From the human T2T-CHM13v2.0 reference genome, Homo sapiens, in NCBI RefSeq assembly GCF_009914755.1, contig NC_060941.1: 64,000 nt of DNA; one strand, 5' to 3'. The notes beneath the pieces are model-generated. The model did no database searches. It saw only the letters and a list, made by a program, of their open reading frames with translations, and was not told the origin of the DNA. Shown here piece by piece: positions 53,651 through 64,000 of this stretch; position 1 is the stretch's first letter; every line of letters starts with the position of its first letter. A program made the translations under genes and the position numbers.

Positions 53651-55689
53651 GGAAATGCCAAGAACAAACGTGTCTGTCTGTCATCATGTTCTTCCGGCAT
53701 AGATGACTGATTTTTACAGAGTTAATGAAAATATCCACAGTGATATTCATGGTGCCTCCACATTTTAAATTATTTCTCCACTGTGCTTGTAAGAAAAGAG
53801 AAGCTCAGATCTATAGTTTGTTACTATAATCAATATTTTAGTGACCAACTTTCAAATATGCCATTTTGGCTGCTGAACCATTTAACTAAGTCAAAGGCTA
53901 CACAACACATTCGGCCATCTTTATTTCTTCTCTTTCTCTCTTTGGCCAAAAGGTGGTAGTAGGTAATCAACTGATAGACTGCCTTTCAATAATGGAGGTC
54001 AAAATGTTCAAATCCAGGTTCCAGATGTCCTGGTTAAACAGCTGGGAGTGGAATTTGACTCCCATGGAAAGAGTTTAAGCCATGATTTGGTCATTGACCT
54101 CCAATGTTTGCTCTGACTTCTTACAGGGGAGTTCAAAGTGGAACTGTGAAGTTTCCCAAGCTCCATGCAGGTCACTGAAGTCCACCCTGCAAACAACAGT
54201 CCTTCACCTTCTGAAGACCTGTCACCTATGAAGCAGCAAGGAAGGAATTTCTTGGCTCTGCTTCCTGGCAGTCATTACCTGTGATCTTCTATCCCAATTG
54301 GTTGACCCTAGCAACTGAGCCCCATGAAATATGTATTTAGTGGACTGAATGAATTGGACAATTGAATCAGAAAAAGCAACAAGAACTCCCAAGGTTAAAA
54401 CAAGTCCAGGACTACACTCCTCTCTTCCTGCCTCTCCACGTTGATCTGCAGCTTCTAGAGAAGACTGAGCAAAGAGATGCTGGTGTCTTTGACTTCAGGG
54501 AAGAGCAATGTCAAGGAGAGAGGCCAGCAGATTTTTTTAAATCTCTATTCACCTGTCACTGTCCAGCCTGCCATTGTGGTGGGTGAAGACAACATTTAGG
54601 GATTCTAGTGCTAGTAGGATACAAACAACATTTCTATTTTGTTATTAAGTAAATAAATACCACTCTTTATCAACCTGCTCCTTCCTGGCGTGCAGAATGA
54701 CTTATAGCTAAGGTAAATGGTCGCTCAGGAACTCATAGCACGTACCCACTTCCAGGTAGCTTCAGCTGAGCATTCAGCACAACACAGCATAAGGGCTAAC
54801 AGTGAGCAGAAAGCCCCAAAACTCAGCACCTGTCTTTTTAGTATCTCATAGAGAAAAATAAATGCAGAAAGCATATTGAAAGTGGGGAAAGCATGCAGTC
54901 TTCTGAGGTTAGGGCCAGGCTGCAGCAACAGCTATGGTTGGCTGGACTCCCTGACACCAAAGAAGAAAATGCTGTATGCTTTCAAGGAGCCTTCTGGAGT
55001 ACTGAGCTAGGACATAAAAACATTCAACTGCTCTTGCCATTTGAATGGGGAAATATATGGTTCTAGGCCTGCAGCAAGAAAAGTGGTGCATTCCACCCAG
55101 CATTCTCATTCTAAAATGCAAATTGGATCACGTCTGTCTTCAGCTTCATGGTATTCATTGGTTTTAGATGAATTGCAAAGTCTTTAACATCGCAGAGAAG
55201 GCTTTTTCTGGTCTGACCGCAGCCTATTTCCCCAGGTTTATCTCTCACTCCATCCCATACCTGCACTGGCCTTCTGTTTTCTAATTATCTTACTGACCTG
55301 CCATTCCCAGAACCCACCATGTTTTCTCTTATACCTGGATTTTGCACATGCTGTTCCCTCTACCTGGAACATATTTTCCCCACCCATCCATTCTCTGGCT
55401 AACTGTTACTGGACTGAAAAGCATATCACAGAAAACAAACAGTACCAGCTGTCAGCGGACAGTTTTTGCATTGTATTAATATTTTCTTTCTCTGAAGCTC
55501 CAGAGACCAAAAATGTACAAAACAACAAATCAAGCAACCTCACATGGTAAATAATTTTTCACCAATAAATGTTAAATATAGTTCATATATGCTTATATTA
55601 TACAAGTCTTCTAGGAAGACAGACATTAACGATGCAAATTTTAAAGTTCATTTCTTTAAAAAAATCCATGTATAATATTAGCAGATTAT

Positions 55690-55930
55690 TCTTTTTGGAG
55701 TCAGATATATGCGGCTTTGAGTATCAGCGCTGCCACTTACTAGCAGTATGATGTTATGCAAATTATCAACCCCTTTGTGCCCCAACCTTCTCATCTGCAA
55801 AGTGGAAATCATCCTAGCACCTGCCTGATGGACGTCTTGTGAGGATCAAATGAGATGATAAGAATGAAGTGCCCTGTGCTACTTACCAGGCATGCAGTGT
55901 ACTCAGTCAACTCAATGAATGATCACTGTT
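55690..55930 (+). mobile_element. MIR
   Basis: ctgccacttactagc...ctcatctgcaaagtgg...ttgtgaggatcaaatgagat. Confidence 0.7.
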
Positions 55931-57109
55931 ACCATCTTCATTGTTGTCATCATCATCATCAATATGTATCAAGAGCCCTGCTGCATCTTTCTCTGGTGGC
56001 TCCTGGTGCTTTAAAACTTGATATGCTCATTCCATTCTGCAGCTACCAAAGCCTTTTGAGGGTTAACCTAACCTTGATCACTCCTGAAGAGCATCCAACC
56101 ACCACCTTCATCTTGGGCAACAGGAAACTACAGGGCTCTTCTCAGGTGGTTATTCCCAGGAGGGGGAAACTTACTAAGACATACCAGAGGTCCTAATCAA
56201 CAGAATAATTAAAAAGGGAGGCAGCCCTCTTCTGCAATCCCTGACATCTAAAGAGTCTGTCACCCTTTTCTAAGCCTATTCACATTTGTATGCCCAACTT
56301 GAGGGAACCGGGGCAGATGTTACTCTTCTCATCATTTTAAAATGAGGAAACTGAGGCACCTAAAGGCAAGCTGCCCAAGCTCACACAAGTGAACTGTTCA
56401 GCTCTTTCTTCAGATTACCCCATCCCATGCCCACTGTGCACACACCCTGAGCAGCAGCCTCCAACCTCAATATCCTCTACCCTTCCCAAAGGCGCCACCA
56501 GCTCCTTTACACAGTTTAGTTTTCCCTTCTCCCGACAATGGCCGTCTGTAAGAGGCCCCAGGTGCCTGGAATTTGAAATTGTTTTTCTTCCCTCCCTTCC
56601 TGAGGACCAGATTGTTCCTAAGCTCCAGGCTGCCTGGCCAGTGCAGGCCTGACTTGCTGGCACCTAGGGTTGCATTAAGGATATGGATTTGTTTTTGCAG
56701 GACTGCTCATGAGCGATGGAGTGCTGGCGTTGGCTTCCTTGTGAAAGGCACATGGCAACTAGGCATGTATTTGCAGGGAAGGAAACTTCAAGAATAAACA
56801 GAAAATACACACACTCCATATCCTGCCAGCCAAGCCCCAGCCTCCCCAGTTCTGACAGGTGATCCATTCTGACTTCCTTACTGAGCCACACACCCAAGCC
56901 AACTGAAAGCCTTGAAGCATGGCGGGTGGGAAGGAGCACAAACCCAGATTCTCCACATTCTAGGGGTGTGGGCTTGAAAACCTGAAACAAGGTCCACATC
57001 TGAAACCCAGGGAAAGCTATGCCTGCCTCTTAGAGTTATTGCGAGAATTGGAATTCAAGCTTATAACATGCCTATCCCAGGCCTGGAGAGTGGGTGCCAG
57101 GGCATGCTA

Positions 57110-57520
57110 GCCTTGTCAGCATTCTTTTTGGCTCCTCCAACATACCAGTCTTCTCTACCTCAGGGCCTTTGAATGTGCTCTTTTCTCTGCCTAGGATGCC
57201 CTCTCCCGTCCCTTCTCCTCTCACTCTCTCCTTGTGAATGACGCCCCTCATCCTCCAGGTTCCAGCTGAAATGTCATCTTCTCCAGGAGCCTTTTCCTAG
57301 CTACCCCTGATGCAGGAGAGAGCCCCCATCCTACCTCACCCCAATAATTGTTCTCTATATAGTTTGATTTCTTTGAATATTTATCACAATTTCTAATAAT
57401 TTTTATTTGCTCTATCTTCCTGTCCAAATTTTAAGCTCCTTGAGGGCTGCTCTCTGCTGTGGCAGAATTTGTGCCTAGAATTAGACAGGGGCTCAATCAA
57501 AATCTGTTTAATTAATAAAT
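57110..57520 (+). mobile_element. L2 fragment
   Basis: cctcagggcctttg...ctctgcctaggatgccct...aaatgtcatcttctc...taagctccttgagggc. Confidence 0.7.
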
Positions 57521-59269
57521 AAATGCCATTACTTTGTGCAGGCTTAATTAGTTCAAGGGAGAGATCAATAACAGCCACTAGAACCCAGAATCCCTGACCC
57601 TGTGGGCAATTTTATCTCCAGCTGAGGTAAGATGAACAATAAATGGCAGTGGCAGAAAGAGGCATAGCCAAAAAGGCCAAGAACACTAATGGTCTTATTA
57701 CCAGAAAGGACATTGCAAAAATGCAAATTTTTTATTGTGTGTTCTATAATATGGGGCCAGTATACTACACCAACTGGGCATTTCCACCCATTTCTGCTTG
57801 AGAATCTTCCCTACCTGAATGAATGTGTTGACTTAAAAACATCTAAACCACCTAAGAATTTAACAGCAGACTGGATGAAAAAAATACTGTCAGTGACAAG
57901 TTAATACATAGGAATTCACAATTAAGTTCTATCGTACAATACAGATTTCTGAGGGCCTTGGATTACAAACAAATGTGATTCTACACTTGATAGCTGAAAA
58001 ACTTGCTCAGAAAATAAAATACAAAATTTCTAAACCATTCCAGAGACCTATTTAAAAAAGCATAAAATAGTCTACAATAACGATTTGGTTAAGTGCTTTG
58101 AAGGTCAGAGTGAGTTAGAGTTAGTTAGGAAAAAATTAAAAGAAAGCGTTTTGGCCAAGGTCTTGAAGAGAGTGATTGAACAGAGATTGGCACCAAAAAA
58201 TTATAACGTTTTAGAACTGGAAGAAGGATTATTTTTATTATTAAACATAGCCCACTTATTTACAAATGCAGAAAATGGAGCCCAGTGTTCCCCACCCCCT
58301 CACCCAGTTCCTGCAGGAGAGGAGGGTCAGGACATTAGGAGCCGGGGCTCCCAGTCTTTCCACTACATCACCCAGGCCATTTTAGAAGGAGGTGGGGCAA
58401 CATCTCAGCCAGGGCACCAAAACGAGTGAGCAGGATGTGGCAGTGGCTGTAGCAACCAAACTAGGCTAGGAGTGCAGAGACGTGACAAGAAACGCTCGAA
58501 GGTGGACGGAGGGTGGCCGGCGGCCACCTCATACAACACCCTTATTTTTGGCCTGTTGACTTGCTGAGCAGCACCTGAGTCATCCCCCTCAAGGCTTGTA
58601 ACCAACTCAAATAGAGGAGCTTACACATCACCCTTTCACTTTGGGCATCGTGGGTGCCCACCAAATATGTGTTGATTTGCTTTGACTCTGATGCTCGGCC
58701 TTTAAGTGTGAGATGGGGGAGTCTGTGTTTGCTACCACCAGAGGGTGTTCTGTTTATGCTAGAAAAGTGCAGAGCAGGAAAAAAAGATATAAACCACCTC
58801 TTTTATAGATAGCAGGCATTGCTCCTTTTGAATTAAAATGCTTTTGTTAGTGTGGAAAGAGTTGAGCTGGAAGAATGTGTCAGAGGCTGGAAGAACAGCA
58901 CAGAGGTGCCATTTTTGCCCTCCCTTTGCTACATCCAAGCATGGTACCATGGGTGTGGTCCCCTTTCTCGAGCTGGAGAAAGAGCCTCCCCAGAGACATT
59001 TGGATTCCAGCTCTGTTTTTTAATAGCCACATGACCTTGGGCATGACTTTGACCTCTGTGAGCCGCACTCCCCTCTTCTGCTAGCATTTGGGGAAGCATT
59101 TCAGCATTGTGCCATGGCAAACAGCAGGTGCTCAAAAAATACCAATTCTTCTTTACTTACTGATAAAAGTAGCCCAAGGGGAGTGGACAGGCTGCATGGA
59201 GACAGGGAAAGCAACTCTTCAGTGGTCTGGTGGCAGAAAAATGGGAGTTTGGGGAAGACAAATGGGAAG

Positions 59270-59616
59270 TTCATTTTCATGCTGCTGATAAAGATACCAG
59301 AGAGTGGGTAATTTATAAAGAAGAGGTTTAATGGACTCACAGTTCCATGTGACTGGGGAGGCCTCATACTCATGGTGGAAGGTGAAAGGCACGTCTTACA
59401 CGGTGGCAGCCAAGAGAGAATAAAAGCCAAGTGAAAGAGGGAACCCCTTATAAAACCATCAGATCTCATGAGACTTATTCACTACCATGAGAACAGTATA
59501 GGGGAACTGCACCCATGATTCAGTGACTCCCACCAGGTCCCTCCCACAACACGTGGGAATTATGGGAGCTACAATTTAAGATGAGATTTGGGTGGGGACA
59601 CAGCCAAACCTTATCA
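59270..59616 (-). mobile_element. THE1B-like solo LTR
   Basis: cattttcatgctgctgataaaga...ggacacagccaaaccttatca. Confidence 0.9.
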
Positions 59617-60558
59617 ATAGAGCACTGAGGAATTGTCAAATCAGGAAACAAACCCAAAAACTTCTCAAGAGGAAGAAATGGGGCCATGGTTAGAAATGAA
59701 GAGCAAGGTTCAGAACACTTGGGCATGCAGCCCAGTACCACCAAGGCAAGAGCATTTGAGCAAGTTCTATTCCCTCTTTGGATCTCAGCATTTTCAAGTA
59801 AAAATAAGGAAGTTTTAATATTGATCGCTGAAGGTCCTTATAGCTCTATGGTTCAATGGCATCATACATGACCACGGCAAAGGGGAGAGGCTGGAGCAAA
59901 GGAAACTCCTCCCTGGTTGTCTTTCTCATCAAGGGCAGAAGCCAAATAGACAATCACATCAGGACCTAGTGGACTTAATGATCCTCAGAATAGTGTCAAA
60001 GAGATAAAGGTGAAGTGCGCTATTTTCAGCCCAGAGGGTCTCCATTCTTTCCAGGTTCCAGCTATATTGGGGCAAGTTGCATGGGAGGCGTATTAAAGGG
60101 AACAATCCAGTCTATCACAAAAGGCCCTGAGATTGGACGGCGTGGTAAGAAAATCCATTAAAACCGCCTCTGGCTTTGACCATGTTTGCCTATAAATTAA
60201 GCTCTGGTACCTAAGCCATTTTCTCTTTCCTGCCCTTCCAGGTTGAAGGAAGAGAAGCTAAGAGGATGAAATAGGAATTCAAAGTGCAAGTCCATCATAC
60301 CAAAGAGCTGTCTCAATTACATCCTGACCCCTTTTAGTAATGTGGCCAGGGGTGTGCTTGCAGTTGGTTTAGTCCCCTGACATTTCACCACCTCCAAGAT
60401 AGGCCTGGGACTGCTGAGACTCCAGTGGTAACCAAACCAAGGATCCTGAGAACTTCCCAGTGCCCAAGCTGGCAAACAAAAGAACATGAGTGTTGTTTGG
60501 GTTAGGTAAGCCGATACTGCTCTTCCTTTCCAAACTATCTGGGTCTGTGGAAGCTGGA

Positions 60559-61062
60559 TATATTAGTTTCCGAAGGTTGCAATAACAAGGGACCACAAAC
60601 GGGGTGGGGGTAGGTGGGGAGGGGGTTAAAATAACAGAAATGTATTTTCTCAGAGTCCTGAAGGATAGAAGTCTAAAATCAAGGTATCAGCAGGGCCATG
60701 TTCCCTCCGAAGGTTCTGTTCCCTGCCTCTCTCCTGGCTTCTGGGAGCCTCAGTCATTCCTTGGCTTATAGATGCTTCCTTTCAATTTCCCACCTTCTCA
60801 TAGGGTTTCTTCTATCTCATCACAGCATCTTCCCTCTGTATATGGCTGTGTCTAAATTCTCCCTTTTTATAAGGATATGAGTCATATTGGATTAGAAGCC
60901 CACCCTACTGGCTGGGGTAATTGAGCTATACCCAAAGATGAGTATGACCTCATCTTAACTAATTATATCTGCAATTACCCTGTTTCCAAGTAAGGTCCCA
61001 TTATGAGGTCCTGGAGGTTAGGTCTTCAACATCTTTTGGGGAACACAATTCAACCCATGACA
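60559..61062 (-). mobile_element. MLT1B/C-like LTR
   Basis: tattagtttcc...acagaaatgtattttctca...aaatcaaggtatcagcagggcc...gacctcatcttaactaatta...cacaattcaacccatgaca. Confidence 0.85.
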
Positions 61063-63579
61063 ATGGGCTTCTGTAATTTATGATCAAGGGGTCAAGATTT
61101 GAAAGTAACATTCCTGAAAGATTAAAGACCGTGAAGATGTACTCCTTGTCCCCAGTGTCCCTTCACCAGAAACAATACATTTTGCTGGACACCAACACAA
61201 GCAGTTCCAAGCCAGATACTGGCTTATAATCTCTCTCTCTTCACCCAGCCCACAACTAACTCCTCCATGAGCTGCCAAACACTCAGTATACATTCTCGTC
61301 ACCAAGAAATGCCACTGGAATGAATCTGCACCAAAGCTGTTTATGTGACTAATGAACCTCCATTACGTTGCATCCAAGTAGGAGTAAAATTTATATTCTA
61401 CTCAATGAAGGAGGGCTTTCTTGGGGGAGGGAATCACAGATGGCTGGGAATAGAGGCGGGCATTTAGAAAAAGCCACATATATGAACAAATACCAACACT
61501 GCAACACTGTAAAGGTATCTTGTATCAAGTTGGGAACTGTTTCTCCAAACCTCCACAAAAAAAAAAAAAAATTCAAACTAGAATACTTTCAGGGGTGGCG
61601 GGGGAGAAGGCATCCCCTTTTCTCCTTCCATGGTTTCAGGTACAGAAAGTTGGGGGTAGTTATAAAAAAGGCTCCATCACTGGTGTCTCCTAACATATTA
61701 TTTCTGTATTAGTATTATCAGGCTTGTTAGCCAAAGACAGATGCCGAACAAAAAGCTGATCACATTTCCCAATCTTATTTGCAAACAAGCGTTCATTTCC
61801 TGCTTATCAAGGCACAGTGCGGGTACTTTGTCCATTCAAATCATTGTCTTAAGCCAGTGATGCAAACCAATGAGCAAGGTTCACCCCAGCCAGAGCCTGG
61901 ACGCTCAATGTCATTGAACTCAAGGAGCAGATAATTAGTATTGAAAGGTGTGATTGCAGCCCAGTCGGCCAGGTAATCAGCCCCTGATTTCTCTTCAGGA
62001 CTCTAGACCAGTTGGAAATCTTAGCCCTAGAGGAGGCTGGAGGGAATTATCCTGGAAGTGTAGTATCCCTTTTCAAATATAAACACCAGACAATTACAGC
62101 AGCCAGTTAGCCCTTCCTTGCTCAGCACACTTGCGTTTCAGGCAGCGATTGGAAGGGACCCCAGCTCTGCCCAGGCAGCTGTCTCCCAGCCTTGGCTCCC
62201 CAGGGCTCTTCCATCAGCTCACTAACATCTTCCAAGACTGTCGCAACCTTGAGATGTCTCTGCAGACTGAGCCTCCTCATCTCGGTGCTTGTTTTGCAAA
62301 CATTTGGCTGCTTCATGGGAACCTGCCTCAACCTGAGGCCTGAGCTCTCTCTTGGCTGGGATGGTGAAGTCTTCTTGAGAAGGGCTGATCTCTTTTCTGA
62401 TCACTCAGATCAGATGGCTTGGAAGTGACAAAGTGAAATGCATCTCTCTGCCATCCCTTCAAAGATGGAATGCCAGTTCTCCGTTCTCAGCAGCCAACAG
62501 CCAACTTTGACATAGAACTTGGTTGAATATCTAAATGGACACTCACGTCGGAGCATAATTTTTAGGAAAGTAGCTAAAGGTTCAAAACAGGTCCCCAGTC
62601 TCCTTTCTGACCCTGGGTGGCCCCTTCTCTCTGGACAGGGATGTCATCTGACAGGGAAGATATGTATGGAAATGTAGTCGCCTCTATATCAAAGAATGCT
62701 TTCTCCATTTTCTTTACGGTGCTTTGCTTTAACCAAATTCACAATGGCTAACATAGTTAGACAGCAAAATAAACATGAGTGGCCATAAAACACTGACTCT
62801 TCCAGACTCTGATGGAGGCTGTGCAGCCAGCTACCCGCCCCTGGACTTGGAGGGAGGGCCTAGTGTATAAACAGAGTTTGCATGCAAGACTCCATGTGTT
62901 ATCAACATATCACATTCAGGCTCCTGCCAACCCCACAGCAGACACATAACTCTACATTATGTAATGTGGAAATCAGCAAGGCTTCGAGAAAAGTGGCTTT
63001 TTGTTCCTTAGAACCTATCTTCCACCTAGGGTAGATGTCCTCCCAGTCAAGCCAAGCAACTCTCCGTGGCCACCCCCCAGGCCAGGGGCTCACAGCTTCA
63101 GGCCACTGCTGCTCCTTCTTTCTTTTAGAAAGTGCTGAGCTTTGGAACACTGGGCAAAGGCCTTCTTGCCTTCTAAATTAGCCTTCTCTTGCTTCCATTA
63201 CACCATACTTTTTTCTCCCAACATTTTATTATGCAATTTTTCAAATATCCAGAAAATCTGAACCACTCCTGAGATCTATTTTTAAGTTATTACTCTCTCG
63301 TGAATGGCTCTTGAATTCTTCTCCTTTCCTCCAAGTAACATTTTTCAAGATACCTGTTGTGGGAAACATGTGGCATGGGATGTCAGTGCCCCACATGGCT
63401 GCTCAAGTTGTAATCCAGGGCTTCTCTCGGTTTTCTTTCAGAGATGAGAAGAGTCCAGGCTTCAGTTACAGACAGACCGGGGTTCTTCCTAGCTAAACTC
63501 TGGATGTGTTTCTTTACTGCTCTGAGCTTGAGCTTGCCTTCAAATGGTGGTGGGCATGACAGCCAATCCAACTATCCTG

Positions 63580-63725
63580 TAGTGAGCACTTACTAGATGC
63601 CAGGAACTCTTCCACATGACACCCAGGGGCTCTAATCCTCATAGTAACCTCAAAGGGAGGCACTAGTGTTATCCTCCATTGTAGATAATCAGGCTGGAAA
63701 CCCAAGCCTACTGCCTGTGGTGCTG
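63580..63725 (-). mobile_element. MIR fragment
   Basis: tgagcacttactagatgccaggaact...taatcctcatagtaacc. Confidence 0.55.
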
Positions 63726-64000
63726 TAGGAAGCACGCAGAGTGTTTATGACACACTTAGCACAAAGCCTTCACTCATAGTGGCTTTTCAACAAAGAATTC
63801 AAGGATTATTCTTATCAATAGTGGCAACATTTTTGCAGAGGGCACCCAATCAGCACACAGTCATACAGAACACAGACTGTAATAAGCACTTCTCATTGTC
63901 CTGGCCTTCTACACACCATTCTTTTAGCATCTGAGTTTGTTATCAGTGGCCTAGCACTAATGGCAGCACCCCTAAACCAAGGCTTTATTTGGACAGCAAT

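Overview
Primate, very probably human, non-coding genomic DNA. It carries Alu (J/S/Y), L1PA/L1M, L2, MIR, MaLR/ERVL solo LTRs and MER DNA-transposon fossils. I see no credible protein-coding exon, rRNA, tRNA or CRISPR array. The ORF track is explained by repeats, microsatellites and chance ORFs. Between the repeats are several TE-poor unique blocks dense in developmental TF motifs, so the window looks like a regulatory gene desert or a very long intron. I could not identify the locus; BLAT would settle it. I found no convincing new biological system. The best-supported unusual signals are structural: (1) a three-copy tandem expansion of an Alu arm plus CT microsatellite; (2) two apparent locally templated insertions into old L1s; (3) an AT-rich palindrome cluster inside an MLT2 LTR; (4) a nested pile-up of five MaLR LTRs; (5) a twin-primed L1. 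Weaker leads are minus-strand splice signals, including an AG|GT junction followed by a 37-codon smORF, and candidate enhancers. Repeat subfamily names come from recalled consensus sequences, and boundaries of old repeats are approximate.
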